Sequence record: PV660452
Reading direction: 5' to 3' (one strand)
Source: Escherichia phage LF82-9
DNA: 64,000 nt
Part shown: positions 53,901 through 64,000 of the stretch, piece by piece
How the letters are laid out: each line of letters starts with the position of its first letter
How positions within the stretch are numbered: the stretch's first letter is position 1
Translations under genes and position numbers: made by a program
Notes under the pieces: model-generated
What the model was told of the DNA's origin: nothing
What the model saw: only the letters and a program-made list of their open reading frames with translations
Databases searched by the model: none

Positions 53901-53997
53901 CTCTAGATTTAGAGAGCTTGTTAATGAAAGATTGTTAGATAACGTGGGAAATCCTAGAGACCCGATTAATCCACCACAGGTTAAATTAGATGAATGA
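50899..53997 (+). CDS. 7: Baseplate wedge initiator gp7
   Basis: 1032 aa, identical in length to T4 gp7; synteny 6-7-8. Confidence 0.93.
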   Translation: MTVKAPAVTSLRLSKLSANQVQIRWDEVGANFYYFVEIAETKTANGEAIPRNSYRWTNLGYTADNNFFESGLNSLTTYMMRVATAAEGFEQSDWRYTEEFETFEINAYTFQHMIEMQLANEFISEKFTKNNTNYVDFNNDTIMAALMSESFQFSPAYTDVSSIRNFIIGENQYHEIQGHIQDVCKDINRVYLMESEGILYLFERFQPIVKVSNDKGQTWKAVKLLNDRVGYPLSRTVYYQSEYTTYLLGYDKIFYGRKSSDIRWSADDVRFSSQDVTFAKIGDQLNLGFDVEIFGTYASLPGNVSRIAEAITCNDDYVYIAARDKVRFVKTSNAPIDSDPLSPTYSERLFEPEMFTITGNPKAVCYKMDSVGGRIFALIIGEVENVNDDPRTKPILDSVDKGVYVLDHDAGTFKRIFGNTEEERRRIEPAFTNMSTDGVELYISSSNFKFLESDIVDDPETQSKYGLLGAVKYEYPREWLADKHYHMMIFASNEESNWETFSPTPMQYYAEPFFSYSRKSGTRSWINNSDRAVVIYSDLLYTKVVESYPSTSPDRKVHEYWNDGDCKIVMPNIEFTGFKKYASGMLFYKSSGEIISYYDFSYRVRDNVSIIWKPTNVFLTASLQNQEKETSWVPVEETGLADPDLRPLLTTMMPESYLLDNTNFEAFCEAYIQYLSDGYGTHYNNLLNLIKNKYPREEHAWEYLWSEIYKRNIYLNAEKRDLVSRFFESRSYDFYSTKGTEASYKFLFKVLYNEDVEVEIESSAGTEYDIIIQSDSISEDLVGQTIYTATGRCNVTYLERSYSKGKLQWTVTIHNLLGRLLVGQEVKAERLADFEGEIVRGIKGKELAQNTIDYFNRGRAYYVMKIKSNLPSSRWKSDVLRFVHPVGFGFIAITLLTMFINTGLTLKHVETIINKYKNYKWDSGLPTEYADRVARLDPQGNVEFNPVTGEVIYDAGPYAGIEYPLPANYNEENDNSIFQGQLPSERRKPMSPLFDASGTTFSRFRELVNERLLDNVGNPRDPINPPQVKLDE

Positions 53998-54994
53998 TTC
54001 AAGTGTTGTCTATCGTGCGATAGTTACTTCAAAATTTAGAACTGAAAAAATGTTGAATTTCTACAATTCAATAGGTGATGGTGATAATAAAAACACCATC
54101 TTTATAACGTTTGGTCGGTCTGAACCATGGGCTGCTAATGAAAATGAGGTGGGCTTCGCCCCACCGTATCCAACAGACTCGGTTTTAGGTGTAACAGATA
54201 TGTGGACTAACATGATGGGTTTAGTTAAAGTTATCCCATCTATGTTAGACTCGGTTATTCCTAGACGTGACTGGGGAGATATTCGTTATCCGGACCCTTA
54301 TACATTCAAAATAAATGATATAGTCGTATGTAATACAGCCCCATATAATGCCACTGAAGTCGGAGCTGGATGGTTAGTATACCGTTGCGTAGATGTTCCT
54401 GATGTTGGGATATGTTCTATTGAGTCTCTCGACAACAAAGAAGAATGTCTTAAATTAGGCGGTAAATGGACTCCATCTGTTAGGTCTTTAACCCCTCCTG
54501 AAGGCCGTGGAGATGCTGAAGGGATTATCGAAGTTGGTGATGGATATATATGGGAGTATCTTTATGAGATTCCACCTGATGTGTCTATAAACCGATGTAC
54601 TAATGAATATATAGTCGTTCCATGGCCGGAAGAAGTTAAAGAAGACCCTGCTCGTTGGGGATATGAAAACAATCTAACCTGGCAACAAGATGATTTTGGC
54701 CTTGTGTATAGAGTTAAAGCAAACATAATTCGTTTTAAAGCCTATTTAGACTCAGTTTATTTCCCTAATGCAGCACTGCCTGGTAATAAAGGATTTAGAC
54801 AAATTTCTATTATCACAAACCCGTTGGAAGCTAAACTCCGTCCTAATGACCCTAATATAAAAGCTGAAAAGGATTATTATGACCCCAGAGATTTACAGCG
54901 TCATTCCGGTGAAATGATTTATATGGAAAACCGTCCACCTATTATTATGGCAATGGACCAAACCGAAGAGATCAATATTTTGTTTATGTTCTAA
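53990..54994 (+). CDS. 8: Baseplate wedge protein gp8
   Basis: 334 aa, same length as T4 gp8; synteny. Confidence 0.92.
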   Translation: MNDSSVVYRAIVTSKFRTEKMLNFYNSIGDGDNKNTIFITFGRSEPWAANENEVGFAPPYPTDSVLGVTDMWTNMMGLVKVIPSMLDSVIPRRDWGDIRYPDPYTFKINDIVVCNTAPYNATEVGAGWLVYRCVDVPDVGICSIESLDNKEECLKLGGKWTPSVRSLTPPEGRGDAEGIIEVGDGYIWEYLYEIPPDVSINRCTNEYIVVPWPEEVKEDPARWGYENNLTWQQDDFGLVYRVKANIIRFKAYLDSVYFPNAALPGNKGFRQISIITNPLEAKLRPNDPNIKAEKDYYDPRDLQRHSGEMIYMENRPPIIMAMDQTEEINILFMF

Positions 54995-54997
54995 TTT

Positions 54998-55016
54998 AGG
55001 GAGACTTCGGTCTCCC
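54998..55016 (+). terminator. Hairpin GGGAGAC-ttcg-GTCTCCC followed by UUUCGU, after gene 8
   Basis: Perfect 7-bp stem with UUCG tetraloop just past the gp8 stop. Confidence 0.6.
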
Positions 55017-55023
55017 TTTCGTG

Positions 55024-55031
55024 TATAAATA
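55024..55031 (+). promoter_or_regulatory. T4-type late promoter TATAAATA for gene 9
   Basis: Exact consensus 26 nt upstream of the gene 9 ATG. Confidence 0.55.
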
Positions 55032-55056
55032 GTATAAACTATTAAGGATTAGCCAC

Positions 55057-55920
55057 ATGTATATTCAAACTCCAAAACAATTGATTGACGTTGGCGAAAT
55101 TGGTAACGCTTCTACAGGCGATATCCTTTTTGACGGCGGTGTTAAAATAAACAATGATATAAATGCTATTTACAATGCGTTTGGCGACCAACGAAAAATG
55201 GCAACTGCTAATGGGACAGGACCAAATGGACAAATAATCCATGCTACTGGATACTACCAAAAAGGAGGTCCTACTGATTATTTCACCCCTGTTCCAGTAG
55301 GAAGTAGACACGACATAGATGCTTCCACCGGTGGTGTTATTGTTACTGTTGCTAGAGGTGAACTCGGTGATTCCGTGGAATTTATAAATTCAAACGGGTC
55401 AATTTCGGTAAACAACCCATTAAGTATCCAAGCATTAGATTCTATTAAAGGTGTTGCAGGTAATTTAGTTATAACCACACCTTATACTAAAGTTACTCTT
55501 CGTTGTATTTCTTCTGGTACAGGCGGCTCAATATGGGATTATTCTACAGAAAGTATGTTTAGTCATACCGAAATTCCTGTAGACGGGACATGGAATATTA
55601 TTTCAGACTATGTCAATATTCCTCTATTTTATAAAACTGAATATAATGCTGCTAAACTTTTGGTTACATGCCAATCTGCCAACGGCAGAAAAATTAAATC
55701 ATGCGAAATAAATATTCTAATAGATACAATTAATTCAAGAGTTATTTCAACCGAATACGCAGTGATGCGCGTTGGTAATGATAACGAAGAAGATGAAATT
55801 GCGAATATTAGTTTTTCGATAATTAACAATTTTGCCACTATGACAGTTTCTTCACATATAAATGGTCTTCGAGTGGCAGCTAAAGTTATTTCAACTCAGA
55901 AAATTAGGGTCGCTCAATAA
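55057..55920 (+). CDS. 9: Baseplate protein gp9 (long-tail-fibre socket)
   Basis: 287 aa; MYIQTPKQLIDVGEIGNASTGDILFDGGVKINNDINAIYNAFGDQRKMA... matches T4 gp9. Confidence 0.93.
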   Translation: MYIQTPKQLIDVGEIGNASTGDILFDGGVKINNDINAIYNAFGDQRKMATANGTGPNGQIIHATGYYQKGGPTDYFTPVPVGSRHDIDASTGGVIVTVARGELGDSVEFINSNGSISVNNPLSIQALDSIKGVAGNLVITTPYTKVTLRCISSGTGGSIWDYSTESMFSHTEIPVDGTWNIISDYVNIPLFYKTEYNAAKLLVTCQSANGRKIKSCEINILIDTINSRVISTEYAVMRVGNDNEEDEIANISFSIINNFATMTVSSHINGLRVAAKVISTQKIRVAQ

Positions 55921-57734
55921 TGAAACAAAATATTAAAATTGGGAACGTCGTTGATGACGGACAAGGCGATTACCTTCGTCGTGGTGGTGCAAAAATTAAT
56001 GAAAACTTTGATGAGTTGTATTATGAATTAGGCGATGGCGAAGTTCCATATTCCGCTGGTGCCTGGAAAACATACCATTCTTCAGATGGACTTAATTTAG
56101 CTGTTGAATGGGGTAAATCATACGCAATTGATACTTCAACAGGGCGTGTTTCTATAAATTTACCTAAAGGAACAGTGGAAGATTATAATAAAGTAATTAG
56201 AGCCCGTGATGTATTCGCCACGTGGAATATTAACCCTGTAACATTAATTGCTGCCAGCGGTGATACTATTAAAGGTTCTTCCAGCCCAGTAGAAATCAAT
56301 GTGCAGTTTTCAGACTTAGAATTAGTTTACTGTTCTCCTGGGCGCTGGGAATACGTTAAAAATAAACAAATAGACAAAATTACTAGTTCTGATATTAGTA
56401 GTGTAGCTCGTAAAGAATTTTTAGTCGAAGTTCAAGGTCAAACTGATTTTCTTGATGTATTTGGGTCTGTTTCTTATAATGTGAATAATATCCGTGTAAA
56501 ACATCGTGGTAACGAATTATACTACGGTGATGCGTTCAGTGACAATAGCGACTTTGGTTCTCCAGGAGCTAATCCCGGAGAAATCGTTGCATTAGATGGT
56601 AAAAACATCCGTTTAAGACAACCATGTAATATTGGCGACACCGTACAAATTGAAACCTTTTTGGATGGGATTACACAATTACGCAGTTCTTATTCTCGCC
56701 GCCAAATACGTATTTTAGATTCAAAATTAACAACCCGTCCTTCCTTAGAAGGAAGTGTATATGTCGCTGATTTGTCAACTTTGAAATCTATTCCTTTTTC
56801 CGCATTTGGAGTTAATCCTTCAGAACCGGTCAATACCAATTCTTTAGAAGTTCGTTTTAACGGTATTCTTCAAGAATTAGCTGGTACTGTTGGTTTACCT
56901 ATGTTCAGATGTGAAGGAGCTGACGCAGAAACTTCTACTGAGTGTTCAGCTTTAGGTGGGACTTGGGTTACATCTAACACAGATTATTCTATTGAATATG
57001 ATGATAACGATGCAACTATCGCACGTGCTTTAGTCTTTGACCGTAAGTTTGAAGACCAAGACATTATTGATATTACATGGTTTAATAACGATTTAGGCAC
57101 TTTATTAAGTATCGATGACATTTTAGATACAACTGATGAAAGGTATGTCGCACAAGGTGCAACCGTAAATGTGACAGGCGATGTGGCTTTGACCGATTTC
57201 AATAATATCGGATGGCCTAATGTAGAACCTGTTCCGACATATAGCAGGGAATTCTCGTCTATTGCAAATATTTTTAACACTATTTACCCTGTCGGTACTA
57301 TTTACGAAAATGCGGTGAACCCTAATAACCCAGCCACATATTTAGGATTTGGCTCTTGGAAATTATGGGGACAAGGAAAAGTATTAGTTGGATGGAATGA
57401 CGATATTAGCGATCCTAATTTTGCATTAAATAATAACGACCTTGATTCTAGCGGGAATCCTACACATACCGCCGGTGGAACAGTCGGAACAACGTCTAAC
57501 ACACTAACTAATTCTGATTTACCTCCTACTCAAACTGACGAGAAAGTTCTTATTTCCGATGAGAACGGTACAATTATTATTGGTGGTTGTCAATACGACC
57601 CTGATGCAGAAGGTCCTATATACACCAAATACCGTGAAGGCCACGCCACAACGAATAGTACACACATACCGCCTCAAGCTGTAAATAATATTCAACCGTC
57701 AATTACCGTATACCGTTGGGTAAGGATTGCATAA
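55920..57734 (+). CDS. 10: Baseplate wedge / short-tail-fibre attachment protein gp10
   Basis: 604 aa (T4 gp10 602 aa); synteny 9-10-11. Confidence 0.92.
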   Translation: MKQNIKIGNVVDDGQGDYLRRGGAKINENFDELYYELGDGEVPYSAGAWKTYHSSDGLNLAVEWGKSYAIDTSTGRVSINLPKGTVEDYNKVIRARDVFATWNINPVTLIAASGDTIKGSSSPVEINVQFSDLELVYCSPGRWEYVKNKQIDKITSSDISSVARKEFLVEVQGQTDFLDVFGSVSYNVNNIRVKHRGNELYYGDAFSDNSDFGSPGANPGEIVALDGKNIRLRQPCNIGDTVQIETFLDGITQLRSSYSRRQIRILDSKLTTRPSLEGSVYVADLSTLKSIPFSAFGVNPSEPVNTNSLEVRFNGILQELAGTVGLPMFRCEGADAETSTECSALGGTWVTSNTDYSIEYDDNDATIARALVFDRKFEDQDIIDITWFNNDLGTLLSIDDILDTTDERYVAQGATVNVTGDVALTDFNNIGWPNVEPVPTYSREFSSIANIFNTIYPVGTIYENAVNPNNPATYLGFGSWKLWGQGKVLVGWNDDISDPNFALNNNDLDSSGNPTHTAGGTVGTTSNTLTNSDLPPTQTDEKVLISDENGTIIIGGCQYDPDAEGPIYTKYREGHATTNSTHIPPQAVNNIQPSITVYRWVRIA

Positions 57735-58393
57735 TGACCATACTTAGTACTAAAGCGGGAGTAATATCCCGCGAAGCAGATTTTTTAGGATTTAGAAAAA
57801 ATCCTACTCAAATTGATATTTTAAACAACCAAGGCGTAGGTTCTGTAACTATTTCTCAATTGGCAAAAGGATTCTATGATGATAACGTAGAATCTGCAAT
57901 AAACGATGTTCATAATATTGCTAGAGCAGATGTAGGAACAGTTACAATTAACACCTCAGGTGTATCTCCTGAAGGAACTTCACAGGTAGATTATTGGTCC
58001 TTTAGTGGAAGTGTAACTGACCCTAGTTTGCCCGATGGAAGCCCTGTTATTGTAAAAGTTTATGGACTTCCTGTTAATGCTACTGTAGGTATGACCGCCG
58101 ACGAATTTGTTGTACAATTACGTACTACTCTCCGGAATGCGATTTCCGACCAATTGGCTATTGCAGAGTATAAAGATGACCCCACTGTTGGGACTAAATT
58201 ACAAATAACATATTTAGATAACCAAAGACACGTACTCCCAACGTATTCCTCTTATGGTATCACGGTTTCTCAAGAAATAGTGTCTCAGGCTAAGTCCGGG
58301 TACGGCACTTGGAATTTACTAGGTGCGCAAACCATTACTCTTGACAACCATATTTCACCTACAACCTTTTATTATTTTGTGAGAACCGCATGA
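57734..58393 (+). CDS. 11: Baseplate wedge protein gp11
   Basis: 219 aa from ATG at 57734 (same length as T4 gp11); ...[42 protein letters not shown]... matches; ORF-track start is TTG. Confidence 0.92.
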   Translation: MTILSTKAGVISREADFLGFRKNPTQIDILNNQGVGSVTISQLAKGFYDDNVESAINDVHNIARADVGTVTINTSGVSPEGTSQVDYWSFSGSVTDPSLPDGSPVIVKVYGLPVNATVGMTADEFVVQLRTTLRNAISDQLAIAEYKDDPTVGTKLQITYLDNQRHVLPTYSSYGITVSQEIVSQAKSGYGTWNLLGAQTITLDNHISPTTFYYFVRTA

Positions 58394-59940
58394 GTAATAA
58401 TACATATCAACACGTTTCGAACGAATCTGTATATGTTGAATTTGACCCGGTAGGGTCAAATTTTGATAGTTCAATAACCAATGTCCAGGCAGCCTTAGCC
58501 TCAATTAGCGCGTATGGTGTTAAAGGTGTTCCGGACGCAAGTGAAGCAGAAAAAGGTGTAATTCAATTAGCGACAGAACAAGAAGTTCTTGATGGATTTA
58601 ATAGTACTAAAGCCGTTACACCCGCCACATTAAATGCAAGACTTCAGTATCCGAACGCGTCAGAAACACAATACGGTGTAACTAAATATGCAACACAAGA
58701 GGAAGCCATTGCCGGCACTTTAGACACTGTTTCTATTACTCCGCTTAAATTAGACAAAACTATTGATAACACGTTCTCTACTCGTTATTCCACCGAAACA
58801 ACTAATGGTGTTATTAAAATTGCAACTCAAACCGCTGCACTTGCCGGGTCTGATGATACCACGGCAATGACACCGCTTAAAACTCAGCAATTAGCAATAA
58901 AATTAATTTCTCAAATAGCTCCTAATAACGACCCGGCTTCAGAATCTATTACCGGTGTTGTGCGTTTAGCTACGGTGGCTCAAACACGTCAAGGAACTCT
59001 TCGCGAAGGATATGCAATTTCCCCATACACCTTTATGAATTCTGTTGCAACACAAGAATATAAAGGTGTTATACGTCTAGGAACACAAGCGGAAATTAAT
59101 AGTAATTTAGGAGATGTTGCTGTAACAGGTGAAACGCTAAATGGTAGAGGAGCTACCGGTTCTATGCGTGGAGTCGTAAAATTAACGACGCAGGCCGGTG
59201 TTGCACCCGAAGGCGATAGCTCTGGAGCATTAGCATGGAACGCAGATGTAATTAATACACGCGGTGGGCAAACTATTAATGGTTCTTTAAATTTAGACCA
59301 TCTAACAGCAAATGGAATTTGGTCACGTGGCGGAATGTGGAAAAACGGTGACCAGCCGGTTGCAACAGAGCGATATGCATCTGAACGTGTTCCTGTTGGA
59401 ACAATTCAAATGTTCGCAGGTGATAGCGCTCCTCCAGGTTGGGTTTTATGTCATGGCGGGACCGTTTCTGGGAACCAATTTCCAGACTATCGAAATGTGG
59501 TTGGAACGAGATTTGGCGGTGATTGGAATAATCCTGGAATTCCAGACATGCGCGGTCTTTTTGTTAGAGGAGCTGGTACAGGCAGCCATATTTTAAATAA
59601 TCGCGGTCAAGATGGCTATGGAAAGGATAGATTAGGTGTAGGATGTGACGGTATGCATGTTGGTGGTGTCCAAGCACAGCAAATGTCATATCATAAACAC
59701 GCTGGTGGATGGGGCGAATATCAACGTCATGAGGCACCATTCGGAGCATCCGTATATCAAGGTTATTTGGGTACTAGAAAATACGCTGATTGGGATAACG
59801 CGTCATATTTCACAAATGACGGCTTCGAATTAGGTGGTCACCGCGACGCAACAGGCACTCTTAACCGTGAAGGACTTATCGGATATGAGACTCGTCCATG
59901 GAATATATCTTTAAATTATATTATTAAAGTCCATTACTAA
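58390..59940 (+). CDS. 12: Short tail fibre protein gp12
   Basis: 516 aa; repetitive GV(I/V)(K/R)L(A/G)T(Q/V) units and C-terminal receptor-binding domain; synteny 11-12-wac. Confidence 0.9.
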   Translation: MSNNTYQHVSNESVYVEFDPVGSNFDSSITNVQAALASISAYGVKGVPDASEAEKGVIQLATEQEVLDGFNSTKAVTPATLNARLQYPNASETQYGVTKYATQEEAIAGTLDTVSITPLKLDKTIDNTFSTRYSTETTNGVIKIATQTAALAGSDDTTAMTPLKTQQLAIKLISQIAPNNDPASESITGVVRLATVAQTRQGTLREGYAISPYTFMNSVATQEYKGVIRLGTQAEINSNLGDVAVTGETLNGRGATGSMRGVVKLTTQAGVAPEGDSSGALAWNADVINTRGGQTINGSLNLDHLTANGIWSRGGMWKNGDQPVATERYASERVPVGTIQMFAGDSAPPGWVLCHGGTVSGNQFPDYRNVVGTRFGGDWNNPGIPDMRGLFVRGAGTGSHILNNRGQDGYGKDRLGVGCDGMHVGGVQAQQMSYHKHAGGWGEYQRHEAPFGASVYQGYLGTRKYADWDNASYFTNDGFELGGHRDATGTLNREGLIGYETRPWNISLNYIIKVHY

Positions 59941-59949
59941 GGGTAAAAA

Positions 59950-61392
59950 ATGATCGAATTAAAAAGTCTACCATACGTTGATGGCCCTCCTGATGTGGGT
60001 CAAAAACGCTTAAACTGGATTAAAAATTCAGAAGAAATAACTGGCGCTGATACGTTATACGGTTCTGAAGGAGTAATGAACCGTCCAATAACAGAAGTTC
60101 AACGAAATGTAGAAACAATTAACGATAACGTTAAGACTATCGCAGAATCTTTAGATACCGCTAATGCTGATATTGTCACAATTAAAAGTATCTTGGATGT
60201 TTCTGGTGATGTAGATGCTTTAGCACAAATTGGACATAACACTGATGATATTGAAGTATTAAAACACACTGTAAATTCACACGGTGTTGATATTTTAAAC
60301 ACTGAAGAAAAACTAGATGATACTATTGCTAATATCGGAGTAGTTAATCCAGAAACAGATTCGGTGTATCGTACGGTGCGTAACGACCTTCTTTGGATTA
60401 AAACCGAATTAGGGCAATATACTGGACAAGATATTAATGGTGTCCCAACCGAAGGTAATGAAAGCACCGGTATGAAACGACGTATTATTACTAACAGTTC
60501 AGTGTTGGTTGACCAAGGCGTTCGTTTAACCGAGTTAGAAAATAAATTTGCCGATTCTGATGTTGGGGCTCTGACAACCGAAGTTGAAAACCTCCGTCAA
60601 GAAATAGGTCCTAGACCATCGTTAACAGTACCGGTTTACACTCGTTTATCCGGTATTGATTCATCCATTTCTATCCAAACTAGAGATATTGCGGCATTAA
60701 AAGATTTTGTTGGATATCCTAATTCAACCGCTATTAAAACTCAAGTCGAGGCCAATCGTCTTTCTATATCAACAATAAATTCAGACATTAACTCGCCTGG
60801 CGGTATTAAACCACGTTTGACAACGTTAGAAACTACTATAGGCTCTCCAGATTTACCAACTACTCTTCAGGGTAAGATCAAATTAAATACCGATTCCATT
60901 TCAGGTATTAACACAGTTTTAGGTGTTGATTCTTCTAGTGGTTTACGTTTTAACGTAGAATGGCTTAATCAGGTGGTTGGCGTTGATTCAAACGGTGGAC
61001 AACCTGAACCGGCCGATTCACTTTTATATAGGACTCGTATTCTTGAAACTGGTGTTACCGACCTAGGCAATAACATTCAAAACGTTCAAACTGAATTGGG
61101 AACTAATTCGTCTGGTATTAAAGGACAAGTAACTAGTTTAAATAAACTTATAAGCGGCACCAACCCAAACGGTCAAACCATAGAAGAACGTGGTATATTG
61201 CCAACAGTTAAAAACCACGACACGACAATTACGGATTTAACTACGCGTGTTACCACTTTAGAAACAGACCTTGCTGCAGCAGAAGCAGAAATTCAAGCCC
61301 TTAAAGAGGCTGGATATATCGAAGATGCTCCTTCAGACGGTAAATTCTATGTTCGTAAAGATGGTGCTTGGGTTGAACTTCCTACAGCTTAA
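59950..61392 (+). CDS. wac: Fibritin (whisker antigen control) with C-terminal foldon
   Basis: 480 aa coiled-coil protein ending GYIEDAPSDGKFYVRKDGAWVELPTA, a foldon-like beta-hairpin motif. Confidence 0.9.
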   Translation: MIELKSLPYVDGPPDVGQKRLNWIKNSEEITGADTLYGSEGVMNRPITEVQRNVETINDNVKTIAESLDTANADIVTIKSILDVSGDVDALAQIGHNTDDIEVLKHTVNSHGVDILNTEEKLDDTIANIGVVNPETDSVYRTVRNDLLWIKTELGQYTGQDINGVPTEGNESTGMKRRIITNSSVLVDQGVRLTELENKFADSDVGALTTEVENLRQEIGPRPSLTVPVYTRLSGIDSSISIQTRDIAALKDFVGYPNSTAIKTQVEANRLSISTINSDINSPGGIKPRLTTLETTIGSPDLPTTLQGKIKLNTDSISGINTVLGVDSSSGLRFNVEWLNQVVGVDSNGGQPEPADSLLYRTRILETGVTDLGNNIQNVQTELGTNSSGIKGQVTSLNKLISGTNPNGQTIEERGILPTVKNHDTTITDLTTRVTTLETDLAAAEAEIQALKEAGYIEDAPSDGKFYVRKDGAWVELPTA

Positions 61393-61398
61393 TGAAAA

Positions 61399-61412
61399 GG
61401 GCCTTCGGGCCC
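61399..61412 (+). terminator. Hairpin GGGCC-ttcg-GGCCC after wac (no strong U-run; may be an RNA stability element)
   Basis: Perfect 5-bp GC stem with UUCG loop between wac and gene 13. Confidence 0.4.
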
Positions 61413-61424
61413 TAAAGGATTTAT

Positions 61425-62351
61425 ATGTCAGGTTATAATGCACAAAACCCTAAAGAATTAAAGGATGTAATATTACGTCGTTTAGGCGCTCCTATTGTAA
61501 ATGTTGAATTAACTACAGACCAAATTTATGATTGTATTTCACGAGCGTTAGAACTTTACGGCGAATACCATTTTGACGGGTTGAATAAAGGTTTCCATGT
61601 ATTTTTTGTTGATGACGAAGAAAAATACCGTCATGGCGTATTTGATATGCGTGGTTCTAATGTATTTGCTGTAACAAGAATTATAAGAACAAACGTTGGC
61701 TCTATTACTTCAATGGATGGTAACGCAACTTATCCATGGTTCACCGATTTCCTTTTAGGAATGGCTGGTGTTTCAGGTGGTATGGGCAGTAATTGTGGTA
61801 AATTCTACGGCCCGAACGCTTTTGGCGCTGACCTCGGATATTATTCTCAATTAGTATCTTATATGGGTATGCTTCAAGATATGATTGCTCCTCTTCCGGA
61901 TTTTTGGTTTAACTCTGCAAACGAGCAATTAAAAGTAATGGGTAACTTTAGACAGAAAGATGTCATTATCGTTGAATCGTATGTTCGCTCTTATATCGAG
62001 ACCCATAAGATGGTAGGAAATACAGTAGGGTACGGTCAGGACGGTCCTCGTGATTCATGGTCTATTTCTGAACGTTATGATAATCCAGACCATAATTTGG
62101 TAGGACGTCGAGTTGGTGAAGATCCTGCAACTAAACAAGGCGCATATAACAACCGCTGGGTTAAAGATTATGCAACTGCATTAGCTAAAGAGCTTAACGG
62201 ACAAATTCTTGCTAAACATCAAGGTATGATGTTACCAGGCGGTGTCACTGTTGATGGTGTTCGATTAATTGAAGAAGCCCGTTTAGAGAAAGAAGCTTTA
62301 CGAGAAGAGTTATATTTACTAGACCCTCCTGCAGGTATTTTGGTAGGTTAA
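61425..62351 (+). CDS. 13: Neck protein gp13
   Basis: 308 aa (T4 309 aa); synteny wac-13-14. Confidence 0.9.
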   Translation: MSGYNAQNPKELKDVILRRLGAPIVNVELTTDQIYDCISRALELYGEYHFDGLNKGFHVFFVDDEEKYRHGVFDMRGSNVFAVTRIIRTNVGSITSMDGNATYPWFTDFLLGMAGVSGGMGSNCGKFYGPNAFGADLGYYSQLVSYMGMLQDMIAPLPDFWFNSANEQLKVMGNFRQKDVIIVESYVRSYIETHKMVGNTVGYGQDGPRDSWSISERYDNPDHNLVGRRVGEDPATKQGAYNNRWVKDYATALAKELNGQILAKHQGMMLPGGVTVDGVRLIEEARLEKEALREELYLLDPPAGILVG

Positions 62352-62352
62352 T

Positions 62353-63117
62353 ATGGCAACTTATGATAAAAATCTTTTCGCCAAACTAGAAAATCGTGGT
62401 GGGTATTCTAAGACAAATGAGACTGAAATCCTCAATCCATTTGTCAATTTTAATAACTACGAGAATAGTCAGACATTAGCTGATGTTCTAGTGGCAGAAA
62501 GCATACAAATGCGCGGTATTGAATGTTTTTATGTTCCACGTGAATATGTTGCTGTGGATCTTATCTTTGGTGAGGACCTTAAAAATAAATTTACTAAAGC
62601 ATGGAAATTTGCTGCGTATCTGAACTCTTTTGAAGGTTATGAAGGAGCGAAATCGTTCTTCAGCAACTTCGGAATGCAAGTTCAAGATGAAGTTACATTA
62701 TCTATTAACCCGGGTCTTTTCAAACACCAGGTCAACAATCAGGAGCCTAAGGAAGGTGATTTAATATACTTCCCAATGGACAACAGTTTGTTTGAGATTA
62801 ACTGGGTTGAACCATATGACCCGTTCTATCAAGTAGGTAAAAATGCGATTCGTAAAATTACTGCAGGCAAGTTTATTTACTCTGGCGAAGAAATCAATCC
62901 GGTGCTTCAGAAAAATGAAGGTATCAATATACCTGAATTTAGTGACTTGGAACTTAACCCTGTTAGAAATCTTGACGGTATCCATGACATTAATATCGAT
63001 GAATATTCTGAAGTTGAGCAAATCAATTCAGAGGCAAGTGAATACGTTGAACCATATGTAGTAGTTAACAACCGTGGTAGACAAAATTCACCATTTGACG
63101 ATGGGTTTATGAATTAA
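62353..63117 (+). CDS. 14: Neck protein gp14
   Basis: 254 aa (T4 256 aa); synteny. Confidence 0.9.
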   Translation: MATYDKNLFAKLENRGGYSKTNETEILNPFVNFNNYENSQTLADVLVAESIQMRGIECFYVPREYVAVDLIFGEDLKNKFTKAWKFAAYLNSFEGYEGAKSFFSNFGMQVQDEVTLSINPGLFKHQVNNQEPKEGDLIYFPMDNSLFEINWVEPYDPFYQVGKNAIRKITAGKFIYSGEEINPVLQKNEGINIPEFSDLELNPVRNLDGIHDINIDEYSEVEQINSEASEYVEPYVVVNNRGRQNSPFDDGFMN

Positions 63118-63138
63118 TAAATAGATAAGATAAAGCAA

Positions 63139-63156
63139 ACACCGGTCGAAAGGCCG
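63139..63156 (+). promoter_or_regulatory. Stable hairpin CCGGTC-gaaa-GGCCGG upstream of gene 15
   Basis: 6-bp stem with GAAA tetraloop between genes 14 and 15. Confidence 0.35.
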
Positions 63157-63169
63157 GTTAGGAGAAATG

Positions 63170-63991
63170 ATGTTTGGTTATTTTTACAACTCGTCGTTCA
63201 GGCGATATATCACAATGATGGGCGATTTGTTTTCAAATATCCAAGTTAACCGTCAATTGACTACAGGCAATAAATTAATTAGAGTTCCTATTACGTATGC
63301 ATCTAAAGAGCACTTTATGATGAAACTTAATAAATGGACCTCTATAAACTCACAAGAAGATGTGGCTAAAGTCGAAACTATTCTACCACGTATAAATCTC
63401 CAAATGGTAGATTTCGTTTATAACCCGACTTTTAAAACGAATATATTGAATAACTCTCTTTTGAGTAAATCGACTAAGGATATTGTAGACCAATACAACC
63501 CATCACCAATTAAAATGATTTTTGAACTGAGCATCTTTACTCGTTACGAAGATGATATGTTCCAAATCGTTGAGCAAATTATTCCATATTTTCAGCCGCA
63601 TTTTAATACGACTATGATTGAGCAATATGGGCAGGATATTCCATTTGAAAGGGATATTAAAGTCGTATGGATGGCAGCAGCAATGGATGAACAAATAGAC
63701 GGTGATAATTTATCCCGTCGACGTTTAGAGTGGTCATTAACATTTGAAGTAAATGGATGGATGTATCCTCCGGTAGGCGCAGCTGAAGGCCTTATTAAAA
63801 CGACTTATCTTGATTTTCATGCTAATGAACGAGACCTTCAAACAGCCGCCAGCGTTTTTGAATCAGTTGATACAGAAATTAAACCGAGAGACGTTGAAGC
63901 ACAAGATTGGAATGGTGAAGTTGAACAAACTTATACTCATGATATTCCAATCCCGACTCCACCAACCCCTCCTGGTCCTAGAAAACAATAA
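63170..63991 (+). CDS. 15: Tail sheath stabiliser / tail terminator gp15
   Basis: MFGYFYNSSFRRYITMMGDLFSNIQVNRQL...VPITYASKEHFMMKLNKWTSINSQEDVAKVETILPRINL matches T4 gp15; start at the second ATG. Confidence 0.92.
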   Translation: MFGYFYNSSFRRYITMMGDLFSNIQVNRQLTTGNKLIRVPITYASKEHFMMKLNKWTSINSQEDVAKVETILPRINLQMVDFVYNPTFKTNILNNSLLSKSTKDIVDQYNPSPIKMIFELSIFTRYEDDMFQIVEQIIPYFQPHFNTTMIEQYGQDIPFERDIKVVWMAAAMDEQIDGDNLSRRRLEWSLTFEVNGWMYPPVGAAEGLIKTTYLDFHANERDLQTAASVFESVDTEIKPRDVEAQDWNGEVEQTYTHDIPIPTPPTPPGPRKQ

Positions 63992-64000
63992 GAGGTAAAT

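Noticed and set aside
46137-62685. Minus-strand ORFs inside the late structural genes (46137..46319, 47169..47381, 47638..48155, 51993..52196, 55042..55311, 56984..57502, 60099..60467, 62488..63021)
   Set aside because: Embedded antisense within well-supported baseplate, fibre and neck genes; no RBS or promoter context.

Overview
This window is a T4-like (Tequatrovirus-type) myovirus genome segment, not host chromosome. Positions 1-45740 are a dense minus-strand block of early/middle genes; 45800-63991 are plus-strand late baseplate, short-tail-fibre, fibritin and neck genes, with divergent late promoters (TATAAATA) at the 45740-45800 junction. Recognised minus-strand genes include 45 (partial), 46, 47, 55, nrdG, nrdD, 49, nrdC, rI, tk, regB, denV, e (lysozyme), a Nudix hydrolase, 57B/Acb1, 57A, 1, 3, 2 and 4, plus a cluster of ten tRNAs. 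Plus-strand genes are 53, 5, 5.1, 5.4, 6, 7, 8, 9, 10, 11, 12, wac, 13, 14 and 15. Identifications rest on my recall of T4 protein sequences, motifs and gene order; no database search was possible, and some start codons were refined by eye because the ORF track accepts TTG/GTG starts. The accessory (hyperplastic) regions between nrdC and rI, and between e and the tRNAs, carry the unexplained content: a Pol-beta-type nucleotidyltransferase next to an AAA+ ATPase, three similar-sized coiled-coil-tailed genes, a second nucleotidyltransferase-like protein, five internal-protein-like genes with capsid-targeting leaders, and a frameshifted P-loop ATPase. These regions are stitched together by repeated promoter/stem-loop cassettes, repeated terminators, short direct repeats flanking single genes, and a repeated gene-junction sequence.
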